A DNA stretch of 64,000 nucleotides from positions 1-64,000 of the forward strand of contig JACRLG010000028.1 in assembly GCA_016235345.1 (NCBI GenBank). Direction: 5' to 3'. The notes under the pieces are model-generated. The model did no database searches. It saw nothing but the letters and a program-made list of their open reading frames with translations, and was not told where the DNA came from. Positions within the stretch are counted from its first letter, which is position 1, and each line of letters opens with the position of its first letter. This document shows, piece by piece, positions 55,415 to 64,000 of this stretch. This DNA comes from Deltaproteobacteria bacterium (GTDB lineage: Bacteria > Desulfobacterota > Desulfobacteria > Desulfobacterales > Desulfatibacillaceae). The position numbers and the translations under genes were made by a program.

Positions 55415-57664
55415 GTGACCAGCCCGTCAAACACGTCGGTTAAAAGCCTCCGCATGGCAGTCATGCTCATTTTCCTGGCGGCCCTGCCCTTGTGCCTCTA
55501 TTTTTCCACCCAAAACAACGGGTTCGTTGATTTCGACGACGATGTTTACGTCACTGCCAATCCTGTAACCTTGAAGGGTCTTTCGGGCGAGGGGCTTTCA
55601 GCGGCCCTGGGTTTTCCCGATTTTTCCTACTGGCAGCCAGTAGCCCTTTTGTCCCATCAGGCGGACGTGAGCCTTTTCGGGCCGAACCCCCGCCCCATGC
55701 ACCTTGTAAACGCCCTTTTGCACGCTGTAAACACCCTCTTGCTCTTCGCCCTTCTTTACACGATGACGGGGGCTTTCTGGCGAAGCGCATTTGTGGGGGC
55801 CCTTTTCGCGGCTCACCCGGTAAACGCGGACACCGTGGCCTGGATTTCCGAGCGCAAGAACCTCCTGGCGGTGTTTTTCTGGTTTTCGGCCATCCTGTCC
55901 TACGCTTGGTACGTCAAAAAGCCTGAAGTCGCGCGCATGATTCCGGTGATCCTTCTGGCGGCCCTGGCCCTTGGCTCCAAGCCAGTGGCGGTCACCCTGC
56001 CCTTCACCCTTCTCCTGCTGGATTTCTGGCCCTTGAACCGCCTTTCCGGCAATTTTTGGAAGCGGGTGGCGGAAAAAATCCCCCTGTTCGTATTGACCTG
56101 CGCGGCGATAGCCCTTGGGCTTTTTTCCAGCGCCTCCTTCAACTCCGAAATTTCCGGCTCCTGGCCCCTCTGGCCGAGGCTCGCCCACGTCCCCGTAGCA
56201 TTTGCGCGCTACCTTGAAATGGCCTTCTGGCCCCAAGGCCTGTGCGCCTTTCATCCCTTTCCCAAGTCCGTGGGCTTTTTTCAGGCCACAGGAGCGCTTG
56301 TGCTTCTGGCGTCCCTCATCTGTCTGGCCTGGAAGACCCGGCATCGAATGCCCTATCTCTTTTTCGGGATTTTCTGGTTTCTGGGAACCCTGGTCCCCTC
56401 AAGCGGCCTTGTGATGGCCGGCCACTGGGCCTCCGTGGCCGAACGCTACGCCTACGCGCCCTACGCGGGGCTTTTCGTGGCCGTGGTCTGGGGGGCGGCG
56501 CACCTTGCGGGCGGCTTCGGCAGAAAGGGACTGATCGGGGTCGGCGCAGCGGGTTTTGTCATGATCCTGTTTCTGGGGTATCTGGCAAACGCCCAGTCCG
56601 GGTACTGGAAGGGCTCGGAGACCCTTTTTTCGAGGTGCGTTGCGCTTTATCCCAACACGAACTACTTCGCCCTCACCCGCCTTGGGGCGGTTTACGCAAA
56701 AAAGGGCGGGACGAAAAACCAGGCCGAGGCGGAAAGGCTCTTTTCCCGCGCCCTGGCCGCAGGCCCGGACTTCGCCCTGGCGGAAACCCGCACCCGGATG
56801 GGAGGTCTCCTTATGGCCCAGGGCAGGACCGATGAGGCCATTGCTCATCTTGTGGCCGCCCGAACCATCGCGCCCCGTTACGTTCCCGCCCTCACGGGCC
56901 TGGGAGCGGCGTACCTTGAGGCGGGAAAAATCCCCCAGGCGGAAAAGGCCGCTCAGGCGGCCCTGGCGGAAAACCCGGATTCGGTGGAAGCCCTGATCCT
57001 TGCGGGCCTCATCCACGGGAGGAAATCCGCCTGCAAGCCAGCCCTGTCGCTTTTCGAAAAGGCCGCGCGCCTTGATCCGAATAACCCGGACGCGGCCTTT
57101 CATTACGCGGCAAGCCTGGGAGCCTTTGGAAAACTGAAGGAATCTGCGGACGAATTTAGAAGGACGCTCGCTCTGGACCCCGATTACCCGGAGGCCCAGG
57201 CAGGTCTTGCCGGAATCGAGACCCGGCGGGGGGAGCTTAAGGACGCCTCCCAAGCCTATTTAAAGGCCGTTTCCCTCAACCCGGAAGACTTCGCCCTAAA
57301 GGTCAATCTGGCCCAGGTCCTGCTTTCGACGGGCCGTTCCAACGAGGCCATAAGCCACTTCAAGGCCGCGCTTTCCATCAATCCGGGCTTCGCTCCGGCG
57401 CGTCTCGGCCTTGCCGACGCCCTCTCCGCCTCAGGAAAGAGCCGGGAGGCGGTTGGCGAGTATGAAAAAATCCTCGCGTCCGCCCCGGATGACATGGCTG
57501 CCCTTTACGGCCTTGCAAAAACCCTTGAAAAATCGGGATGCCTTGCCAAGGCCGCTTTTTATTACGAAAAGGCCCTTCTGATCAGACCAGGATGGGACGC
57601 GGTGAAAAGGCTGCTTGAAGGGATTAAGGGAAAGCCTGACAGGCCGGGGGCAGATTGCCCTTGA
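55415..57664 (+). CDS. TPR-repeat membrane protein (TMTC/DUF1736-like: N-terminal multi-TM domain plus C-terminal TPR array).
   Basis: About 10 N-terminal TM helices, then at least 8 TPR-like repeats. Confidence 0.7.
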   Translation: MTSPSNTSVKSLRMAVMLIFLAALPLCLYFSTQNNGFVDFDDDVYVTANPVTLKGLSGEGLSAALGFPDFSYWQPVALLSHQADVSLFGPNPRPMHLVNALLHAVNTLLLFALLYTMTGAFWRSAFVGALFAAHPVNADTVAWISERKNLLAVFFWFSAILSYAWYVKKPEVARMIPVILLAALALGSKPVAVTLPFTLLLLDFWPLNRLSGNFWKRVAEKIPLFVLTCAAIALGLFSSASFNSEISGSWPLWPRLAHVPVAFARYLEMAFWPQGLCAFHPFPKSVGFFQATGALVLLASLICLAWKTRHRMPYLFFGIFWFLGTLVPSSGLVMAGHWASVAERYAYAPYAGLFVAVVWGAAHLAGGFGRKGLIGVGAAGFVMILFLGYLANAQSGYWKGSETLFSRCVALYPNTNYFALTRLGAVYAKKGGTKNQAEAERLFSRALAAGPDFALAETRTRMGGLLMAQGRTDEAIAHLVAARTIAPRYVPALTGLGAAYLEAGKIPQAEKAAQAALAENPDSVEALILAGLIHGRKSACKPALSLFEKAARLDPNNPDAAFHYAASLGAFGKLKESADEFRRTLALDPDYPEAQAGLAGIETRRGELKDASQAYLKAVSLNPEDFALKVNLAQVLLSTGRSNEAISHFKAALSINPGFAPARLGLADALSASGKSREAVGEYEKILASAPDDMAALYGLAKTLEKSGCLAKAAFYYEKALLIRPGWDAVKRLLEGIKGKPDRPGADCP

Positions 57665-57707
57665 AAGCGCTCAAAAAACGAGATCCGCATGTTGTGCAAA
57701 AATCATC

Positions 57708-57754
57708 TGTAGGTTGGGTGACCCTGCCCTTGGGCTTAAACCACCCAACCTACA
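57708..57754. terminator. Hairpin between convergent genes (13-bp perfect stem TGTAGGTTGGGTG/CACCCAACCTACA, 21-nt loop).
   Basis: Located between the + gene ending at 57664 and the - gene ending at 57832. Confidence 0.4.
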
Positions 57755-57831
57755 ATGGATAACGGCTGCCATAAGCTATCATATCAACAGGAAATGATAT
57801 AAGTTACCGCCGAAGACACTGCCGACCTTTT

Positions 57832-58611
57832 TCATCCCCCCGCTATAACAGCCGCAAGCTCATCGTGGATAAGGCCGTTGGTGGCGAGAATCTCCTGCTT
57901 GAAGGGGTTCCAGCCAGCCTGGGCGAAGTCCGTGACGTGGCCGCCAGCCTCGGTTAAAATGAGCGCCCCCGCCGCCGTGTCCCAGGGTTTCAGGCTTTCC
58001 TCCCAGAATCCGTCAAAACGCCCGCAGGCCACAAAACAAAGGTCCAGGGCCGCCGAACCAAGCCGCCGGACCCCCTGGGCCGCGCCCACGCAACGGGACA
58101 GCTTGTCGATGAGAGAGGGCAGGCGTTCCGAAAGGTCGTAGGGAAAACCCGTCACCAGAAGGCTTTCGTTTAAGGTGTCGTTGCGGGAAACCGATATTGC
58201 GCGTCCGTTAAGGGTCGCTCCCCTGCCTTTTTCGGCTATGAAAAGCTCCTGGGTTATGGGGTTGAAAACCAGCCCGAAAAGGGTGTCGCCCTCCGAGGTG
58301 AAGGCTATGGAAACCGAAAATATGGGCAGGTGGTGGGCGTAGTTGGTGGTGCCGTCCAGGGGGTCCACTATCCAGGAATACTGGCTTGGGGCCCCTATCT
58401 CGCCCTCCTCCTCGGCCAGTATGGAATGGCCGGGAAAGGCGAAACGGATGGTTTCCACGATTGCCGCCTCCGAGGCAGTGTCCGCCTCGGTCACAAGGTC
58501 TATGCCGCCCTTTTTCCGCACCGTGTGCATCCTGCCGAAGCGGTCCGTGAGAATCCGTCCGGCCTCGTAGGCCGCTGCAACCGCCGTGCGCCTTATGGCG
58601 TCTATCTCCAT
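57832..58611 (-). CDS. suhB: Inositol monophosphatase family protein.
   Basis: DLVTEADTASE, WIVDPLDGTTNYAHHLP and GAALDLCFVACGRFD motifs. Confidence 0.85.
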   Translation of the reverse strand: MEIDAIRRTAVAAAYEAGRILTDRFGRMHTVRKKGGIDLVTEADTASEAAIVETIRFAFPGHSILAEEEGEIGAPSQYSWIVDPLDGTTNYAHHLPIFSVSIAFTSEGDTLFGLVFNPITQELFIAEKGRGATLNGRAISVSRNDTLNESLLVTGFPYDLSERLPSLIDKLSRCVGAAQGVRRLGSAALDLCFVACGRFDGFWEESLKPWDTAAGALILTEAGGHVTDFAQAGWNPFKQEILATNGLIHDELAAVIAGG

Positions 58612-58643
58612 GTTGGATGTCTCCTTGGCATCTTTCAGTCATA

Positions 58644-59546
58644 TCAGGGCATGGTTAAAAATTGCATGTACCATCCGATGATGGGCTTGCCGTAAAAAAG
58701 CGCGATCATGGCCCCTGAGGCGAGAAACGGCCCGAACGGAACCCTGAGCTTAACGCCTTTTTTCCGGGCGGCCATGAGCACAAGCCCCGCCGCCATGCCT
58801 ATGAAGGCCGCAGCCATCAGGGTGAGAAGAGCCCCCTTCCAGCCCAGGAACGCGCCGACCATGGCCAGAAGGTCGCCGTCGCCCGCGCCCATGCCCTCGC
58901 CTCCGCGCACCAGCATGTAGGTCCGGCGCAGAAGGTAGATTCCGCCCGCGCCGGTAAGAGCTCCGATCAGAGATTCCATGAAGCCCATTTCCGGCAGCCA
59001 GCCCGAAGCCAGAAGCCCCACGGCCACGCCCGGAATGGTGATTATCATGGGGATGCGGAAAAAATCGAGGTCTATGAAGCTGACCACTATGAGGGCCGCC
59101 AGAAAGCAGAAATAGATGGCGGCTGCCGGGCTTCCGCCAAAATGCCGGAACGCGGCCACCGCAAAGAGACCTGCCGTAAGCTCCACCAAGGGGTAGCGCC
59201 ACGAGATGCGGGTGCGGCAGTCCCGGCAGCGGCCCCGGAGAACCATGTAGCTTAAAAGCGGGATGTTGTCGTACCACCGTATGAGCGCCCCGCATTTGGG
59301 GCAGTGGGAACGGGCCCCCTCGGCCTTTGAGGGCGAGGGCCGGGGGTCGTCGTCCTTTATCTCTTTTCCGCAGTGGGGGCAGGCAATGGAAAGTATTTCC
59401 TTTTCGCAGTGCGGGCAAACAAGGTCGTCCGAGCCCATGAAGCGGCTGCGCGGAAGCCTGTGGATGGCCACGTTCAGGAAGCTCCCCACAACTATCCCGA
59501 AAAGAAAGGTGTAGGCGTAAAGAAAAAAGTCCAGGAAGTTTATCAT
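58644..59546 (-). CDS. pilD: Type IV prepilin peptidase (A24 family) with an extra N-terminal zinc-ribbon insertion.
   Basis: MINFLDFFLYAYTFLFGIVVGSFLNV N-terminus and a canonical CPKCG...RGRCRDCRT tetracysteine. It is preceded by an additional CPHC...CPHCG module. Confidence 0.85.
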   Translation of the reverse strand: MINFLDFFLYAYTFLFGIVVGSFLNVAIHRLPRSRFMGSDDLVCPHCEKEILSIACPHCGKEIKDDDPRPSPSKAEGARSHCPKCGALIRWYDNIPLLSYMVLRGRCRDCRTRISWRYPLVELTAGLFAVAAFRHFGGSPAAAIYFCFLAALIVVSFIDLDFFRIPMIITIPGVAVGLLASGWLPEMGFMESLIGALTGAGGIYLLRRTYMLVRGGEGMGAGDGDLLAMVGAFLGWKGALLTLMAAAFIGMAAGLVLMAARKKGVKLRVPFGPFLASGAMIALFYGKPIIGWYMQFLTMP

Positions 59547-59684
59547 GGCGCAATTTCCGGAAAAAGGGGTTGTTCGGGCGTATTTTTCAATATTCAGTTT
59601 AAGCCCGGCTAGTTTGTTCTTGTCAAGTCATGGTTCTGTTCTATAGTAACGGAAGGGACTTTTTATGGAAAAAACCTGGAGAAA

Positions 59685-62120
59685 ATGATGGCGAAACCCG
59701 ATACAGACGATCTGGTGGGACTTCTGGAAGACGAAGACGCCCACGAAGCTATTCCCACCACCCTGCCCCTCCTGCCAGTAAGGGACGTGGTGATCTTCAC
59801 CCATATGATCCTCCCCCTTTTCGTGACCCGGGACAAGTCCGTGAGGGCCGTGGACGCGGCCATGAACAAGGACCGCTACATCTTTCTGGCCACCCAGATG
59901 GACGCGTCCCAGGAAGACCCCTCCTTTGACCAGATATACAAGGTGGGGGCCGTTGGGAGGGTGCTCCGGGTGCTGAAGCTGCCGGACGGCAGGGTGAAGA
60001 TACTGGTTCAGGCCACCGCCAAGGCGAGGATTCTTTCCTTTGTCCACAAAAAGAGCCTGTTTCGGGTGAAGATCGAAAAGCTCGTGGAGGAGGAGTTTTC
60101 CGAAAACCTGGAACTCACCGCCCTCATGAGAAACGTCCGGGAGCAGTGCGAGAAGATTCTTTCCATGCGCGGCGAGCTTTCGGACGACGTGACCACAATT
60201 TTGAAGAGCATAGACCATCCGGGCCGACTGGCCGACCTGGTGGCGTCCAACTTGAATCTCAAGATCGAGGAGGCCCAGTCGGTTTTCGAGTTATCCGACC
60301 CCGTGGCCCGGCTCAACCGGGTGAACGAGCTTCTGATCCGGGAGGTGGAGTTGAGCTCCATGCAGGCCCGCATCCAGGAAAACGTCCGGGACGAGATAAG
60401 CAAGAGCCAGAAGGATTATTTTCTGCGGGAGCAGATGCGGGCCATAAAGGGCGAACTGGGGGAAGGCGACGAGCGGGCCCAGGAGGCCGACGACTACCTG
60501 AAACGCATCAAAAAGGCCAGGATGCCCAAGGAGGCCGAAACCGAGGCCGTGAAGCAGCTTAAGCGCCTGGAGCAGATGCATCCCGAATCCGCCGAGGCCC
60601 CGGTGGTGCGCTCCTACCTGGACTGGCTGGTGGAAATCCCCTGGTCCGTCTCCACAAAAGACGCCATCGACATCAAAAAGGCCCAGAAGGTTCTGGACGC
60701 GGACCATTTCGGCCTGGACAAGATCAAGGAGCGCATCCTGGAATACCTTGCCGTGCGCAAGCTGAACCCTTCCATGAAGGGCCCCATCCTCTGCTTCGTT
60801 GGCCCTCCGGGCGTGGGAAAAACCAGCCTGGGCCAATCCATAGCAAAAGCCATGGACCGCAAGTTTTTCAGGATGTCCCTGGGCGGGATAAGGGACGAGG
60901 CCGAAATTCGGGGGCACCGCCGCACCTACATAGGCGCGCTTCCGGGCCGCATAATCCAGGGTCTCAAAACCTGCGGGGCCAACAACCCGGTTTTCATGAT
61001 GGATGAAATCGACAAGGTGGGAACCGATTTCCGGGGCGACCCCACATCGGCCCTGCTTGAAGCCCTGGACCCGGAGCAGAACAACGCCTTTTCGGATCAC
61101 TACATCAACCTGCCCTTCGATCTTTCCAGGGTGATGTTCATCACCACGGCCAACATCACGGACACCATCCCCTACGCTCTTCTGGACCGGATGGAGATAA
61201 TCAACCTTTCGGGCTACACCGAAGACGAAAAACTGGCCATCTCGCAAAAATACCTCATAGGCCGCCAGATCAGGGAAAACGGCCTGAAGGAAAAGGACAT
61301 CACCATAGCCGACAGCGCCATAAAGAAAATGGCCACCGAGTACACAAGCGAAAGCGGGCTTAGGAACCTTGAGCGCGAGATAGGGACCCTGTGCCGAAAG
61401 GTGAGCCGCAAGATCGCCGAGGGCGAGAAAGGGCCTTTTTCCATAACCGGCAAAAACCTGGAAAAATACCTGGGCCTTCCCAAGTTCTTTCCCGAAATGG
61501 ACCAGGACACCCCCCAGGTGGGGCTGGCCACAGGTCTTGCCTGGACCTACGCGGGCGGGGAGGCCCTGTACGTTGAAGCCACGGTGATGCGTGGAAAGGG
61601 CGAGCTGGTGCTTACCGGCCAGTTGGGGGAGGTAATGCAGGAATCCGCCAGGGCCGCCGTGAGCTACACCAGGGCCTACGCGGAAAAGCTCAAGATCGAC
61701 CCGGACATCTTCGAGTCATACGATCTTCACATCCACGTGCCCGCCGGAGCCATTCCCAAGGACGGGCCGTCCGCCGGAGTGGCCATGGCCGTGGCCATGA
61801 TCTCGGCCTTCACCCAAAGGCCGGTAAAAAACGACGTGGCCATGACGGGCGAAATTACCATCAGGGGCAGAATCCTTCCCATTGGGGGCCTGAAGGAAAA
61901 ATCCATAGGAGCTCTCAGGGCCGGGATCAAGACCCTCATCATGCCGGAAAAAAACCGCAAGGAGCTTTCCGAGCTTCCCCCCGAAGTGCGCAAAAAAATG
62001 GTGTTCATGCCGGTCTCCCGCATGGATGAGGTTCTTCCAATGGTTCTTCTGCCGCCGCTGGCGAAAAAGCTCCCCCATCCGCCGCGCAAAAAGGGCGGCG
62101 ACGGCGACGGCAGAAAGTGA
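59685..62120 (+). CDS. lon: ATP-dependent Lon protease.
   Basis: LON N-domain, AAA+ GPPGVGKTS Walker A, and Ser-Lys dyad region PKDGPSAGVAMAVAMISA. Confidence 0.95.
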   Translation: MMAKPDTDDLVGLLEDEDAHEAIPTTLPLLPVRDVVIFTHMILPLFVTRDKSVRAVDAAMNKDRYIFLATQMDASQEDPSFDQIYKVGAVGRVLRVLKLPDGRVKILVQATAKARILSFVHKKSLFRVKIEKLVEEEFSENLELTALMRNVREQCEKILSMRGELSDDVTTILKSIDHPGRLADLVASNLNLKIEEAQSVFELSDPVARLNRVNELLIREVELSSMQARIQENVRDEISKSQKDYFLREQMRAIKGELGEGDERAQEADDYLKRIKKARMPKEAETEAVKQLKRLEQMHPESAEAPVVRSYLDWLVEIPWSVSTKDAIDIKKAQKVLDADHFGLDKIKERILEYLAVRKLNPSMKGPILCFVGPPGVGKTSLGQSIAKAMDRKFFRMSLGGIRDEAEIRGHRRTYIGALPGRIIQGLKTCGANNPVFMMDEIDKVGTDFRGDPTSALLEALDPEQNNAFSDHYINLPFDLSRVMFITTANITDTIPYALLDRMEIINLSGYTEDEKLAISQKYLIGRQIRENGLKEKDITIADSAIKKMATEYTSESGLRNLEREIGTLCRKVSRKIAEGEKGPFSITGKNLEKYLGLPKFFPEMDQDTPQVGLATGLAWTYAGGEALYVEATVMRGKGELVLTGQLGEVMQESARAAVSYTRAYAEKLKIDPDIFESYDLHIHVPAGAIPKDGPSAGVAMAVAMISAFTQRPVKNDVAMTGEITIRGRILPIGGLKEKSIGALRAGIKTLIMPEKNRKELSELPPEVRKKMVFMPVSRMDEVLPMVLLPPLAKKLPHPPRKKGGDGDGRK

Positions 62121-62130
62121 CTCCATCGCC

Positions 62131-62814
62131 ATGCTGATTCTTGGGCTTGACACCACCGGGCGGTCCTTTTCCGTGGCGCTTTTAAACGACGGCGAGGTCT
62201 TGGGCGAGATCACCGAAAACGCCGCAAGGGGGCAGGCGGGGCTTGTGATGGACGCCCTTGAAAGGCTCTTTGACCTTACCGGGAAAAAACCCTCCGGCCT
62301 GGACGGCGTGGCGGTGACCAATGGCCCCGGCGGCTTTTCCGGCGTGCGCCTGGGCGTTTCCATAGCCAAGGGAATCTGCATGGGCGCGGAAAAACCGGCG
62401 GCCGCAGTTTCGAGCCTCGCCTGCCTGGCCTTCCAGGCAATGGAGCCGGTGGGCGCCGTGTGGGCCGTGCTGGACTGCCTCAGAAACGAGGTCTACGCGG
62501 CCTCCTACGTTTTTGGCCCCGAAGGCCCGGTTGAAACAAGCGCGGCTTCCGTGATGAAACCAGGGGAACTGGCGGAAAGCCTGTCCGGCCCCTGTGTGCT
62601 GGTGGGCGACGGGGCCGTAAAATACGCGGGCCTTCTGACCGGCGATGGAAAGGCGCGGTTGGCGGACGAATCGAGCCACACCATAAGGGCCTCGTCAGTG
62701 GCCATCCTGGGAAGCCGCCTGCTTCCTGCTGCGGAACCGGATTCCGCCGACCTTCTGGGTCCGTTATATTTGAGGCTCTCTGACGCCCGGCTTCCCGAAA
62801 AGCCCCTTTGCTGA
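62131..62814 (+). CDS. tsaB: tRNA threonylcarbamoyladenosine biosynthesis protein TsaB (inactive Kae1/YeaZ paralogue).
   Basis: MLILGLDTTGRSFSVALL N-terminus and a YeaZ fold. Start at ATG 62131 after the lon stop. Confidence 0.75.
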   Translation: MLILGLDTTGRSFSVALLNDGEVLGEITENAARGQAGLVMDALERLFDLTGKKPSGLDGVAVTNGPGGFSGVRLGVSIAKGICMGAEKPAAAVSSLACLAFQAMEPVGAVWAVLDCLRNEVYAASYVFGPEGPVETSAASVMKPGELAESLSGPCVLVGDGAVKYAGLLTGDGKARLADESSHTIRASSVAILGSRLLPAAEPDSADLLGPLYLRLSDARLPEKPLC

Positions 62815-62909
62815 AGAATCGCGCCACGCCGCACCAAAGTTGACAGGGCGCAGGGTTTTGGCTTAAAATGAATCGAATAAAATCATAAGGAAAGGACCCG
62901 GTAAAAACA

Positions 62910-63605
62910 GTGGCGGACAACAAGGAAACAGGAAACAGCGAGAAATATGAATGGGCCGACCCACCGGCAAGCACGCCCTTTCCCATAGCGAAGGACGGTT
63001 ACTCGTATATAGCGGCGGCGGCCTTCATCACCCTGGTGCTTGCGCTTCTGCACCTGCCCTTTCTGGCCTTTTTGAGCCTTCTTACCACCGTGGCCGTGTG
63101 CCTTTTCTTCCGGGACCCGGACCGGCTCATCCCCACCGACCCCGGCGCACTGGTGGCCGCCGCCGACGGCAGGATAATATTTGCCGGCCTCGTGGACGAA
63201 AACCCCTTTCTGCCAGGACAGGTGCTGAAAATTTCCACCTTCATGTCCGTGGCCAACGTCCACGTCAACCGTTTTCCGGTCACCGCCACCGTGGAAAAGG
63301 TGGTCTACACCCCCGGCGACTACATGGTGGCCAGCCACCCCAAGGCCAGCCTGGAGAACGAGCACAACGCAGTATATCTCAAGGATGAAAACGGAAAAAG
63401 GCTCTGCGTGGTTCAGGTGGCGGGCCTGATCGCAAGAAGGATCCGCTCCAACGTGAAGCCGGGCGACAGGCTCCTTAGAGGCCAGCGCTTCGGGCTCATC
63501 TGTTTCGGAAGCCGCGTGGACCTCTATCTTCCGCCCGAAACCAGGCCCACGGTAAACGTCGGCGACGTGGTGAGGGGCGGAACATCCATTCTCGCAAAAA
63601 TCTGA
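62910..63605 (+). CDS. psd: Phosphatidylserine decarboxylase-related protein (short archaeal-type proenzyme).
   Basis: FGLICFGSRVDLYLP (GS cleavage site) and LIARRIRSNVKPGD motifs. Two N-terminal TM helices. Confidence 0.8.
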   Translation: MADNKETGNSEKYEWADPPASTPFPIAKDGYSYIAAAAFITLVLALLHLPFLAFLSLLTTVAVCLFFRDPDRLIPTDPGALVAAADGRIIFAGLVDENPFLPGQVLKISTFMSVANVHVNRFPVTATVEKVVYTPGDYMVASHPKASLENEHNAVYLKDENGKRLCVVQVAGLIARRIRSNVKPGDRLLRGQRFGLICFGSRVDLYLPPETRPTVNVGDVVRGGTSILAKI

Positions 63606-63692
63606 CGGATCAGGGCGGCAGGAACGGTTTTCCGAATCTGGCGCCGGTTTCATAATTCTCCCCTCCGGGAGTCGGCTAAAAAGGTGCAAGCA

Positions 63693-64000
63693 ATGAACGC
63701 CATGAAAAAAAGAAGACGCCCGAAGTCCGAAGAGCGGCGCAGGGGAATCTACCTCATTCCCAACCTCGTGACCTCGCTCAACATGTTCTGCGGCTTTTTC
63801 GCCATCATTGCGGCCCTTGACGGCCATTACTTCAAAGCCGCCGTCGCCGTGATAATTGCGGGAGTCTTCGACAACATGGACGGCAAGATCGCACGGGCCA
63901 CCAACACGACCAGCAAGTTCGGCGTGGAGTACGACAGCCTTTGCGACCTGGTTTCCTTCGGCGTGGCCCCGGCGATAATAATGTACCTGTGGGCCCTGCA
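63693..64000 (+). CDS. pssA: CDP-diacylglycerol-serine O-phosphatidyltransferase (CDP-alcohol phosphatidyltransferase family), 3' partial at the window end.
   Basis: PNLVTSLNMFCGFFAI...DNMDGKIAR..KFGVEYDSLCDLVSFGVAP equals the D-G-x2-A-R...G-x3-D-x3-D motif. Runs off the window end. Confidence 0.75.
   Translation, partial: MNAMKKRRRPKSEERRRGIYLIPNLVTSLNMFCGFFAIIAALDGHYFKAAVAVIIAGVFDNMDGKIARATNTTSKFGVEYDSLCDLVSFGVAPAIIMYLWAL

Overview
This is a 64 kb, high-GC (about 60%) bacterial chromosomal segment. Gene content (flotillin, Lon, PilD, RND efflux, anaerobic-type beta-oxidation genes with DUF35/SCP2 proteins, a corrinoid methyltransferase pair) suggests a Desulfobacterota/deltaproteobacterial genome, but that is inference only. 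Two AT-rich horizontally acquired insertions stand out. The first, at about 143-6245, is a P4-like integrative element remnant with a DUF262 gene and an Abi/HEPN-like gene in an operon, a primase/helicase that looks 5'-truncated, an Xis/AlpA-like HTH gene, a tyrosine integrase and a tRNA 3'-end fragment (att). The second, at about 13640-16560 (about 30% GC), is a single-gene islet encoding a TIR-STAND NTPase-TPR protein of the antiphage NLR-like class, wedged between polA (which carries an apparent frameshift) and an acyl-CoA dehydrogenase gene. The central 16.6-38.8 kb is a lipid, sterol or aromatic side-chain beta-oxidation-like cluster with three ACADs, three SCP-x type thiolases, an AMP-ligase fused to three tandem SCP2 domains and a DUF35 domain, a DUF35-MaoC hydratase, a PaaK-like ligase, a MerR-TetR fusion regulator, and an embedded corrinoid protein with an MtaA/UroD-like methyltransferase. 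A previously unrecognised roughly 115-nt palindromic intergenic repeat family (REP/MITE-like, two subfamilies) occurs at least six times, mostly abutting stop codons. The right half carries an ABC exporter, a ribokinase-DeoC fusion, a Cus/Czc-like heavy-metal RND operon with two outer-membrane factors and a Met/His-rich periplasmic protein, then uspA, an HD protein, a TMTC-like TPR membrane protein, suhB, pilD, lon, tsaB, psd and pssA. No rRNA, no complete tRNA and no CRISPR array were found.
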